From IMG/VR virus record IMGVR_UViG_3300025759_000001: DNA of 37,077 bases; one strand, written 5' to 3'. Of the stretch, positions 8,111-16,618 are shown piece by piece. The DNA is from an uncultured virus (IMG/VR IMGVR_UViG_3300025759_000001) (lineage: Duplodnaviria; Heunggongvirae; Uroviricota; Caudoviricetes; Crassvirales). The translations under genes and the position numbers were made by a program. The notes beneath the pieces were generated by a model. It was not told the DNA's origin. It was given only the letters and a program-made list of their open reading frames with translations, and did not search any database. Numbering within the stretch: position 1 is the first letter of the stretch; every line of letters begins with the position of its first letter.

Positions 8111-9565
8111 ATGAGTCTATTCAGCAAAAGGGAAAACAGCGGGGAGAAGTTCAAAGCTCCTAGCTGGGATCCTTACGGAACCTGGAGTTCAGCTGGTAGT
8201 GGATTCCTAGGAATGAAAAAAGATAAGCATGTGATACTTCCCGGCGTAACAAGCTGGGAGTCACTCAGGCTTACAAAGATTAAAGATTATGTAGAAGAAA
8301 AAACAGGTGAAGAGTGTACTCTTCCTCAGCATATGATTGATGATGTATATTCAATGTACGTCAACAAAGATATCAAGAGAAAGCCTGTTGACAGAACCAA
8401 TGTTGTTAAGCAAAAGGTAATGGATAAAGTATATAATTCTTTAACTAAGGTTGTAACAGAAGACTCACCATTGTTCTCACAAGTTTTAACTCGTGAACTT
8501 GCTATGTATATGCAAAAGATTGAGAGAGAACTCAAAGAGGAACAAGAGAAAAATGGTGGAGGTTCAGGATCACCTTTCGACGGAGACGACGAAGGGGAAG
8601 ATGATGGACAAGGACAAGGAGAAGGAGAACCTGGTGATGGAGATGAAGAAGGCCAAGGGCAAACGCCTGGAGGTAAAGGAGTATCAAAAGACCACAACAA
8701 AGGTAAACACGGAGACTTGGAGGACATGGCTGATAAAGTTTTAGATAGTGCTCAAAATGAGCAACAACTAGAACAAGCTATGAATAATGCTGATAAGATT
8801 ATGAAAGATCTTACAGAGAAATTAGGAGAAGAGGCTTTAGCGGATTTAGCTAATAATGACGCTGATTTCTTAAACAGCATTGAGAAAATTAAAGGGGCAT
8901 TAGATAGAGTATCTATAAACAAAGAAAGCATTAAGCAAGTTCTTGTTAAGATCCTAGATGAGTCTCAAAACTATTTCTCACAAAAGTTCCATACCGTTGA
9001 AGAAACCTTGTTTGAGGCAGAGCAGTTTGATGATTTATTTGGTTTAGAATTTCTACACCCAATATTCAGAAATGCTGAGCTTCTTTCACCTGGTAACGCA
9101 ACAAGGGTATACAAAGGCAAACTAGATTTATATTTAGATTGCTCAGGTTCAATGGGCTCACACGAGAAATTTGAAGGAACTAACATAAGAATGATTGACC
9201 TCGTTAAAGGTATTGCAATGGTTCTATACAGAATGAATATGATAGACAAGTTATATTTCTTTGATTCTCAAATTTATGAGATCAAGAACATTAATGAGTT
9301 TACTATATTAGGTTTTGATAGATCTGGTGGAACTAACTTTGACAACGTCACACTACAATGCGCACAAAATGGAAGAAATTCTGTTGTAATCACAGACGGA
9401 GAAGATTCTGTTTCTGATTATAAGAAAAATATTTTCTGGGTTGGTGTTGGTGGAACACAATTTCATGGTTGGGGTGGAGAAGGCGCTTTTGCTACTTACA
9501 AATCCATGAGACAGTGTGTAACATATAATAGTGGTGCAAATAAGTTTGATTATGTAACTAAATAA
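8111..9565 (+). CDS. vWA-domain protein (ViaA-like partner of the MoxR ATPase)
   Basis: MIDAS DCSGS, GGTNF, VITDGED; Gly/acidic low-complexity linker; starts 1 nt after the ATPase stop. Confidence 0.88.
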   Translation: MSLFSKRENSGEKFKAPSWDPYGTWSSAGSGFLGMKKDKHVILPGVTSWESLRLTKIKDYVEEKTGEECTLPQHMIDDVYSMYVNKDIKRKPVDRTNVVKQKVMDKVYNSLTKVVTEDSPLFSQVLTRELAMYMQKIERELKEEQEKNGGGSGSPFDGDDEGEDDGQGQGEGEPGDGDEEGQGQTPGGKGVSKDHNKGKHGDLEDMADKVLDSAQNEQQLEQAMNNADKIMKDLTEKLGEEALADLANNDADFLNSIEKIKGALDRVSINKESIKQVLVKILDESQNYFSQKFHTVEETLFEAEQFDDLFGLEFLHPIFRNAELLSPGNATRVYKGKLDLYLDCSGSMGSHEKFEGTNIRMIDLVKGIAMVLYRMNMIDKLYFFDSQIYEIKNINEFTILGFDRSGGTNFDNVTLQCAQNGRNSVVITDGEDSVSDYKKNIFWVGVGGTQFHGWGGEGAFATYKSMRQCVTYNSGANKFDYVTK

Positions 9566-9568
9566 TTT

Positions 9569-10078
9569 ATGTTAAAGAAGAATAAGAAAGAGGTAAAATT
9601 CCCTGAGATGATATTCATCCCGGGGAATGTGCCCTCATTAAAGAACAGTAAAGTAAAGACTAGTAGAGGAATATTTAGTTCTCCTACTGTAAACAAATAT
9701 ATTAGGAAACTAGGTATACAGAAATTCTCATCCTCTAAACAGGAGGTAAAAGGATATGCTGATCCACTTAGGCCTAATCAATTTGAAGCTTTGAGGTCGC
9801 AATTTGCGGCAATGAAAGCAGGAAAAAGTGATCCAATAGTAATTGGGTATCACCAAGTAAGAAACAGCAAGAGATTGTTTGATTTTAGTAACAGCGTAGA
9901 GATAATACAGGATTTATTAACTGCTCACGGGTTCATAGAAGATGATAATGTTAAGTTTGTGTTTCCTGTCCCAATGACAATTAAGGGTGAACTACCTAAT
10001 GCTAAGAATATAAGAGCAAATGAAGAATTCTACTCTGTCGATAAAGAGAATCCAGGAGTATATTTAAAAATATTTTAA
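9569..10078 (+). CDS. RusA-like Holliday junction resolvase
   Basis: IPGNVPSLKNS, R.FDFSN....IQDLL...GFIEDDN acidic pattern typical of RusA-like proteins. Confidence 0.72.
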   Translation: MLKKNKKEVKFPEMIFIPGNVPSLKNSKVKTSRGIFSSPTVNKYIRKLGIQKFSSSKQEVKGYADPLRPNQFEALRSQFAAMKAGKSDPIVIGYHQVRNSKRLFDFSNSVEIIQDLLTAHGFIEDDNVKFVFPVPMTIKGELPNAKNIRANEEFYSVDKENPGVYLKIF

Positions 10079-10329
10079 TGGAAAAAAAACAATTATTACA
10101 ATTAGCAGCAAAGATCTTCTATAAAGAGGATTGGAATGAAGTATTAGATTTGATTACAAATGATCGAATTAAAATTCTAATGAGGATATCTGAGAAGAAA
10201 TTATTCTTAGCTCAGGATGAGGTATTAGATAGTGTTTATAAAGGTGACTGTGACTTCGTGTTATTTGATCATTATAAGCATTGTAGAAACTTCGATAATG
10301 CTGTTACACAATATGAAGAAGAGAGATGA
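10078..10329 (+). CDS. Hypothetical protein (83 aa)
   Basis: TAATG and ATGA overlaps with neighbours. Confidence 0.7.
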   Translation: MEKKQLLQLAAKIFYKEDWNEVLDLITNDRIKILMRISEKKLFLAQDEVLDSVYKGDCDFVLFDHYKHCRNFDNAVTQYEEER

Positions 10330-11420
10330 TAGAAGATCACAATTTAAATATTCCGGTATCGGAGTATAGGGACTTGGATTTACCATCTTATAGTATGCTT
10401 GCATCTATATCTAAACATGGAGTTGATGTCGTTAATGGCATTAAAACAGGAGGATTTGTATTGAAATTTGGTAGCTTAGTAGATGATATGTGTTTCGAAC
10501 CACTTACGTTATCTAGCAAGTATTATACCGGAAAGTCAGTAAAGAATCCTACCACAAATGTTAAGAACATACTTGATGCTCTACTTGATACTATTAATGC
10601 TCCAATAGGAGATTTTAATAGTACTAGTGGTATATTAGGAGGTAAAAAATCACAAGTAGTAACAGATAACTTAGATGACTATAAACAACAAATTTGTGAT
10701 ATAGCAACTTCGTTAGGAATTTACAAAAATTACACTGTCACAAAAACATTAGAGGCAGTCAACAATGGAAAAGATTATTTTAAAGATAAATTACAAGCAA
10801 GAGGTAAGATGTTAATTAAGCCTGAAATGTGGGCATTAGCCTATGAGACAGCACAAACTCTTATTACGCATGATTTCTCTTCAAAGTATTTTGATCAGAA
10901 TCAAAGTGGCATTGATCTTATATACCAATATAAGTTTGTTACTGAAGTAGGAGGTGTGCAATGTAAAGGCATGCTAGATTGTGTTATGATAGACCACAAT
11001 GAAAAGAAAATCTATCCAGTAGATTTAAAGACAGGAGAATCTCCTGCTGAAAAGTTTAATGAAGTTATTCTTATACACAAGTATTACATTCAAGGAGCTC
11101 TATACAAAGAGGCCTTGCGTACTATTGTGGCTAATGACCCTGACCTTGTTGGATATACAGTAGAGGAGTTTGAATTTCTTTATATCTCTAAAATGAATCC
11201 ATATAAGCCAATCGTCTGGGTTATGCCTGAAGAATTACATGTGAATGCCATGAATGGTTTTAAAGATGTATTTGGGTATAAACATAGAGGAGTGACTAGC
11301 CTTTTAGAGGATTACTATAACTGCAAAGATGGCAGATATTGTGAGTACTTGCAAGAGGTGTATGAAAATGAAGGAAGAATAATGTTAGATGGAATAGTAG
11401 ATGAATATAAAGAAGAATAA
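10326..11420 (+). CDS. PD-(D/E)XK nuclease (RecE/Exo VIII-like exonuclease)
   Basis: SYSML, FGSLVD, KGMLD...VDLKT, YYIQGALY (QxxxY). Confidence 0.85.
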   Translation: MIEDHNLNIPVSEYRDLDLPSYSMLASISKHGVDVVNGIKTGGFVLKFGSLVDDMCFEPLTLSSKYYTGKSVKNPTTNVKNILDALLDTINAPIGDFNSTSGILGGKKSQVVTDNLDDYKQQICDIATSLGIYKNYTVTKTLEAVNNGKDYFKDKLQARGKMLIKPEMWALAYETAQTLITHDFSSKYFDQNQSGIDLIYQYKFVTEVGGVQCKGMLDCVMIDHNEKKIYPVDLKTGESPAEKFNEVILIHKYYIQGALYKEALRTIVANDPDLVGYTVEEFEFLYISKMNPYKPIVWVMPEELHVNAMNGFKDVFGYKHRGVTSLLEDYYNCKDGRYCEYLQEVYENEGRIMLDGIVDEYKEE

Positions 11421-11988
11421 AATAGAAATCATTCTTAATAAAAGTCTTACTTATTTTCTACCTATGGTTGATGCACAAATAGACTTCAAATACTTACATT
11501 TACTTAGAAATTCGTATTTAAGTAATGGAGAATTAGATGAGTTTTGCGTGTTGTATGAATGGAGTTCAAATCCACAATACACAGCATGGGAAAAAGAATT
11601 AATGGAAAGTCATCTTTATATTGGTCATGAAGACTATGATAATATGGTACTTTATAAGTTCAGATTATCATCAAATATGAAGGATGCAAAGACTTTATTT
11701 ATTAATGGAAAATATAGTATGTTCAGTGACGAACACAAGACTGCAATAGATAATTTCTTGAAAAAGAAAGGAGCCTCTAATAGGGCTAAGATTATGAAAA
11801 TACTCTCAAGAGATGAAGGGTTACGAATAAAGATGAATCAGGCATTAAAGGTCAAAATAGATCCTAATCATGAATTGTCAAGTAAACCTGATTTAAATAA
11901 TGAGGATTTTTCTAATTTTTGTAGTGTAACAAAGTTCAGTATTGATCAATTTTTAAACAAGGATGAAAATGAAGGAGAGAAAAGTTAA
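11401..11988 (+). CDS. Hypothetical protein (195 aa)
   Basis: Overlaps both neighbours; no motif recognised. Confidence 0.75.
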   Translation: MNIKKNKIEIILNKSLTYFLPMVDAQIDFKYLHLLRNSYLSNGELDEFCVLYEWSSNPQYTAWEKELMESHLYIGHEDYDNMVLYKFRLSSNMKDAKTLFINGKYSMFSDEHKTAIDNFLKKKGASNRAKIMKILSRDEGLRIKMNQALKVKIDPNHELSSKPDLNNEDFSNFCSVTKFSIDQFLNKDENEGEKS

Positions 11989-13867
11989 ATGGGGCCCATT
12001 GGGTTACATCACCCATGCTAGAACATATTCTAGAACAAAAAAAGATGGAAGTAAAGAAACTTTTACAGAAGGTGTTGAGCGCGAACTAACGGGAATTTCT
12101 CGGCAGTTGAAACTTACTCTTAATGATGAGGAGAAGGAATTCTACCGAGACATGAGACACAATATGGAAGGATCTGTGGCAGGAAGATTCATGTGGCAGT
12201 TAGGTACAAAAACAGTTGATGAATTAGGTTTGCCTAGTCTACAAAACTGTGCCTTTACTGTTGTAGATGATCCTATAAGACCATTCACATGGTGTATGGA
12301 CATGTTAATGCTAGGAAGTGGAGTAGGTTACTCTATAAAGCGTGAGCATGTTTATAAATTACCAAAAGTGAATAACAAAAAGTTAAAAATAGAGAGGTTT
12401 GATGACAAGCAAGCTGATTACATAGTCCCAGATACTAGAGAAGGATGGGTTAAGTTACTTGGAAAAGTACTTAAGGCACACTTTTATGGCGGTAAGGGAT
12501 TCACTTATAGCTGTCAATTAATACGTGGCTATGGTGAAGATATACAAGGATTTGGTGGAGTAGCTTCTGGACCTACTATTCTTGTAGAAGGACTTGATAA
12601 GATTATCACAGTCCTACAAAATAGAAGAGGTAAGCAACTGCATCCTATTGATTGTTTAGATATTATGAACATCATTGGAAGTATAGTTGTAGCAGGAAAT
12701 GTTAGACGTTCCGCTCAAATAGCAATAGGTGATTACGATGACCTAGAGTTTTTAAGAGCCAAAAGGTGGGACCTTGGCCAAGTGCCGAATTGGAGAAATA
12801 TGTCTAATAATTCTGTTGATTGCCCAGATGCAAAATTACTACCTCAAGAGTTTTGGGATACGTATAAGCAGGGCGAACCTTATGGTCTAGTTAATGTAGC
12901 TTTATCAAAAAAGATTGGGAGAACAGGAGATTTTAAGTATCCTGATCCAAGAGTAGAGGGATACAATCCTTGTGCTGAGCAATCATTAGAGGATAAAGAA
13001 ACATGCTGTTTAGCAGAAATTTACTTACCTAATATTAAAACCTACGAAAGGTTTAAGGAGGTAATGACTATGCTATATAGAGTTAACAAACATTCGTTAG
13101 CTTTAAAATGTCATCACCCAGAGACTCAGAAAGTAGTGAATACCAATATGAGAATGGGAATTGGCATAACAGGAGTAATGATGAGCTCAGATGAGCAATT
13201 AAGTTGGTTAGATCCAGGATACACGTACTTAAGAGAATATGATAAAACATACTCTAAGGCGATGGGATTCCCAGAAAGCATTAAGCTTACTACGGTAAAA
13301 CCAAGTGGAACATTATCATTATTAGCAGGAGTAACACCGGGAGTACATCCCTCAGTTGCAGGGCAATATTACATTAGAAGAATAACCATAGGATCAACAT
13401 CACCTTTAATAGAGGTATGTAAGTCTCATGGATTCCATGTTGAGTATAAAGAAAACTTTGACGGTACTCTAGATAGATCTAGCATGATAGTGGAATTTCC
13501 TTGTAAATACCCGGACGGAGTAGTATCATTTGAGGATATGACAGTATTTGAGCAATTAGATACAGTTAAATTTATGCAGAAGAATTGGTCAGATAACTCT
13601 GTATCAGTTACTGCTTACTATTCCAAAGAGGATTTACCGGCGTTAAAGGAGTATGTAGAAGAGAATTTTTCTGAAAACTTCAAAACGCTTAGTTTCTTAT
13701 TAAAAGGATCTGCTTCAGGATTTAAGCAAATACCTGAAGAATCTATTACTAAGGAGCAATATAAGTACTTAATGGAAAGAGTTGTCCCAATAACCTCAGT
13801 AGAGATTAATGAAGATGACATCGAAGACTTAGGTGCATGTGGTATCGGAGGATGCCCAATTAAGTAA
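11963..13867 (+). CDS. nrdJ: Class II (adenosylcobalamin-dependent) ribonucleotide reductase, monomeric RTPR type
   Basis: SLQNCAF, GNVRRSA, NPCAEQ (thiyl radical Cys), TCCLAE, TTVKPSGT, C-terminal CGIGGCPIK; no small-subunit gene adjacent. The start could also be the second Met at 11969. Confidence 0.92.
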   Translation: MKMKERKVKWGPLGYITHARTYSRTKKDGSKETFTEGVERELTGISRQLKLTLNDEEKEFYRDMRHNMEGSVAGRFMWQLGTKTVDELGLPSLQNCAFTVVDDPIRPFTWCMDMLMLGSGVGYSIKREHVYKLPKVNNKKLKIERFDDKQADYIVPDTREGWVKLLGKVLKAHFYGGKGFTYSCQLIRGYGEDIQGFGGVASGPTILVEGLDKIITVLQNRRGKQLHPIDCLDIMNIIGSIVVAGNVRRSAQIAIGDYDDLEFLRAKRWDLGQVPNWRNMSNNSVDCPDAKLLPQEFWDTYKQGEPYGLVNVALSKKIGRTGDFKYPDPRVEGYNPCAEQSLEDKETCCLAEIYLPNIKTYERFKEVMTMLYRVNKHSLALKCHHPETQKVVNTNMRMGIGITGVMMSSDEQLSWLDPGYTYLREYDKTYSKAMGFPESIKLTTVKPSGTLSLLAGVTPGVHPSVAGQYYIRRITIGSTSPLIEVCKSHGFHVEYKENFDGTLDRSSMIVEFPCKYPDGVVSFEDMTVFEQLDTVKFMQKNWSDNSVSVTAYYSKEDLPALKEYVEENFSENFKTLSFLLKGSASGFKQIPEESITKEQYKYLMERVVPITSVEINEDDIEDLGACGIGGCPIK

Positions 13868-13877
13868 TTTTAATTTT

Positions 13878-13908
13878 ATAGGGATGGTGTAATGCCATCC
13901 CTATTTTT
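13878..13908 (+). terminator. Intrinsic terminator after nrdJ
   Basis: ATAGGGATGG-tgtaatg-CCATCCCTAT followed by a T run. Confidence 0.88.
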
Positions 13909-13925
13909 AACATAATAGAAAGAAT

Positions 13926-14372
13926 ATGTTTTTAAGTAAAAAAGCAATGAGACCGGTTGGTCAAGGATCATTTTGTATTATACCAGATGATTTAAAAAAA
14001 GAAATGAAAAAAAAGAAAAACTACCTATCAAATAATGGACAACAATGGAATACTAAGTTTATACACTTAGCTGATGCAGATGTATTATATGTAGTAGATA
14101 CCGACGTATTTGATCAAGAAGACTTATGTAGAGTCCTACCTTTATCATTCGACGGAGATGGTTATTGGGCAGAAAAGGCATTAATGTCAGCTCAAAAGAA
14201 AAAATCATTCACTGTAAGTAAGAGTAAATTAACTTTACTCGTTAATGGATGGAGAGAGAGAGACTCTGTTATATCTTATCAAGCAGGAAGATTTAGACAA
14301 GTAATAGAGACCTCTAACAGTAATTATAATTTAGACAAAAAGAATATTTCATTAAAATGGGAAAACAATTAA
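13926..14372 (+). CDS. Hypothetical protein (148 aa)
   Basis: ORF on the module strand; no motif recognised. Confidence 0.7.
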   Translation: MFLSKKAMRPVGQGSFCIIPDDLKKEMKKKKNYLSNNGQQWNTKFIHLADADVLYVVDTDVFDQEDLCRVLPLSFDGDGYWAEKALMSAQKKKSFTVSKSKLTLLVNGWRERDSVISYQAGRFRQVIETSNSNYNLDKKNISLKWENN

Positions 14373-14451
14373 CATTAGATGAGGTGATAAAAATATGTGA
14401 AGATGAATCTATTGAAGAAGAAGAAACAAGAGAGAGCAATGAAAGGATTTA

Positions 14452-14778
14452 ATGATAAGTTTATGCCTAAAAACACGTATGACTTCAAAGCAAAAGCAAC
14501 AGCAACGCCGTAAAGAAGAAGCTATAAAGGCTGAAGAGAAAAGAAGATACTATCATAGGAACATAGAGGCTCAGCTCTGGTGCAATAAAGAGGGATTTAC
14601 CTTATATGCAGCGGCACAAGCACACAATAGTTCCTATATTAAGGTATTTAAACAGAAAGGAGAAAAGTTTTTACCACTTAATGACATAGAATATAATCAA
14701 AATGAACCTAATGAAGTAATTTCTTATATAGCGGTTATAGATGCTGAATATGAGAGAATTTATAACTTAAAAAAATAA
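14452..14778 (+). CDS. Hypothetical protein (start 14452 or 14479)
   Basis: ORF on the module strand; start ambiguous because short overlapping ORFs lie upstream. Confidence 0.65.
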   Translation: MISLCLKTRMTSKQKQQQRRKEEAIKAEEKRRYYHRNIEAQLWCNKEGFTLYAAAQAHNSSYIKVFKQKGEKFLPLNDIEYNQNEPNEVISYIAVIDAEYERIYNLKK

Positions 14779-14780
14779 TT

Positions 14781-15092
14781 ATGTTAAAGAAGAAAAGAAG
14801 TATATATGATACCGCTCCACCTTATCATATATTTAAGGAGGTTCAAGATAAGTGCGTGGCATACTGGTGGGATAATTTCGATGATACACATGGTTATGTT
14901 GCTGGAAAAGTAGTAAGAATATTAGGGATGTATAATATAGACGATGATTATTTATTCATATTAAATATGTTTGATTCAGTTCATGAGAACGCGTGTACTG
15001 CAACAATGAATTTAGAAACAAGAAAGTACATAGTGAAATCTAAATTTGCTAAAGGGTATATAACAAGAGATAATTCAGATGAACTATGGTAG
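14781..15092 (+). CDS. Hypothetical protein (103 aa)
   Basis: Tightly packed ORF with MLKKK start. Confidence 0.7.
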   Translation: MLKKKRSIYDTAPPYHIFKEVQDKCVAYWWDNFDDTHGYVAGKVVRILGMYNIDDDYLFILNMFDSVHENACTATMNLETRKYIVKSKFAKGYITRDNSDELW

Positions 15093-15352
15093 GATTAAGA
15101 AAAAAGAAAGCAGTATTAGATCCACACGAAGCGACAGCAACACATCTTATAGCAATAAAAGATGGTGTTATGAAAGGAAGTGGATATAAATTTTCCTATT
15201 CCGGTAAAGCATACAAGATAACAAAAAGAACAGAAGATGAGTTCTTTATTATAGACGAAATGTACATGGATCATTCATTTAATATAGTAGCTGATGAAGA
15301 TCATCACTCTTACAGAGAATGGTTCAAATTAGATAGTAAATTAGAAAAATAA
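15086..15352 (+). CDS. Hypothetical protein (88 aa)
   Basis: Overlaps both neighbours. Confidence 0.7.
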   Translation: MVGLRKKKAVLDPHEATATHLIAIKDGVMKGSGYKFSYSGKAYKITKRTEDEFFIIDEMYMDHSFNIVADEDHHSYREWFKLDSKLEK

Positions 15353-15840
15353 TGTTAAAAAAAAAAGAAAAGAAGTCATATGGGGCTTACAACGACTACT
15401 TCTTAGATGACTGTGAAGTAGTCACAAAAAGTTATGATATAACACATGTTCATGTTAAAGAATTCAAAGGTGTTCCTGAAGGAATATATAGGTATGAACC
15501 TGGGACAGGTATATTGAGTTTAGATGAGGAACATTTTGGTGTTATGAACTTTAAAGCAGCAATAAGAGCATCTCAAGATGGTGGTAGAGTTGTGTTATTA
15601 AAACACAAAACAACATGGTCAGACCTGGAAGAAAGAGGAATTGTAAAGAAATCAGAAGAAGCAGATGTTGCTCAGGCAGCACAATCTATGATGGCAGGTA
15701 TGACAAAGAATGTTAATGGTCTTGTTAAAGCCGCGACAGCAATAAATCCACGCAATCAACCTATACAGTTACCACCACAAGCGCCAACACCTCCAGAAAC
15801 TAAAACAGGAGGCTTTTTAAAAAAATTATTCAATAAATAA
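15352..15840 (+). CDS. Hypothetical protein (162 aa) with Pro-rich linker and amphipathic C-terminus
   Basis: TAATG-coupled; ends PPQAPTPPETKTGGFLKKLFNK. Confidence 0.75.
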   Translation: MLKKKEKKSYGAYNDYFLDDCEVVTKSYDITHVHVKEFKGVPEGIYRYEPGTGILSLDEEHFGVMNFKAAIRASQDGGRVVLLKHKTTWSDLEERGIVKKSEEADVAQAAQSMMAGMTKNVNGLVKAATAINPRNQPIQLPPQAPTPPETKTGGFLKKLFNK

Positions 15841-15902
15841 AAATATAGATGGAATACTCGGGACTACTAAGTAGTTCCTTGGCTGTGTTTTGAAAGACCG
15901 CT

Positions 15903-15932
15903 AAAACCCTGAGAGAAATCTTGGGGTTTTTT
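15903..15932 (+). terminator. Intrinsic terminator with GAAA tetraloop
   Basis: AAAACCCTGAGA-gaaa-TCTTGGGGTTTT(TT), including two G-U pairs. Confidence 0.82.
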
Positions 15933-15952
15933 AATTAAAGACGAAAGAGAGA

Positions 15953-16576
15953 ATGGAGAAGAAGACATGTACAAATTGTAATGAAGAAAAAGAATTAAGT
16001 GAGTTTAGTAAAAATGATTATGGAAAAGGAGGTGTATATTCAATTTGCAAATACTGCATGAAAAAAATAAATAGTAAAAAATATATTAAAATGAAAAATG
16101 ATGGTGTAAAATTTCCATCATACAAGGATTTTTCAAATGAAAGAAAAAAGGAAAGATTAGAATATATGAAAAAATATAGAAAATCTAAAAAAGTAAAAGA
16201 TGCAAGAAATAAACACAGAAGAAAAAGACACAAAGAAGACAGCTTATACAATCTGACATCTAGAATAAGGAGGAGAACTCTAAGGGCTTTTAAGTCAAAA
16301 AAATGGATAAAAAATTCAAGCAATTTATCAATGTTAGGATGTGATTTTAAAACAGCACATAAACATATAGAAAAACAATTTACAGAAGGTATGTCTTGGG
16401 ACAATAGATCTGAGTGGCACATTGACCACATAATACCATTAGCTTCAGCTAAGACTGAAGAAGAATTGGCAAAACTCTGTCACTATACGAATTTACAGCC
16501 TTTATGGGCTGAAGATAATTTACGTAAAGGAGACAAGCTTAATTATAAAATACAAAAAAACTCTGAAGGCTTATAA
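15953..16576 (+). CDS. Free-standing HNH endonuclease (putative homing endonuclease)
   Basis: N-terminal CTNC...CKYC, very basic middle region, WHIDHIIPLAS...CHYTNLQPLWAEDNLRKG. Confidence 0.88.
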   Translation: MEKKTCTNCNEEKELSEFSKNDYGKGGVYSICKYCMKKINSKKYIKMKNDGVKFPSYKDFSNERKKERLEYMKKYRKSKKVKDARNKHRRKRHKEDSLYNLTSRIRRRTLRAFKSKKWIKNSSNLSMLGCDFKTAHKHIEKQFTEGMSWDNRSEWHIDHIIPLASAKTEEELAKLCHYTNLQPLWAEDNLRKGDKLNYKIQKNSEGL

Positions 16577-16594
16577 CCAACAGAGTTTTTTTTT
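16554..16594. terminator. Probable bidirectional terminator between the convergent modules
   Basis: AAAAAAACTCTG ... CAGAGTTTTTTTTT inverted repeat with A7 and T9 flanks; overlaps the HNH stop and lies 24 nt beyond the RNAP stop. Confidence 0.7.
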
Positions 16595-16618
16595 ATTGTC
16601 CACAACTACTTTTAGCTG

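Noticed and set aside
15905..15925. CTGAGAG...GAAA resembling a hammerhead ribozyme core
   Set aside because: Does not match CUGAnGA, lacks the three stems, and is fully explained as a terminator hairpin.
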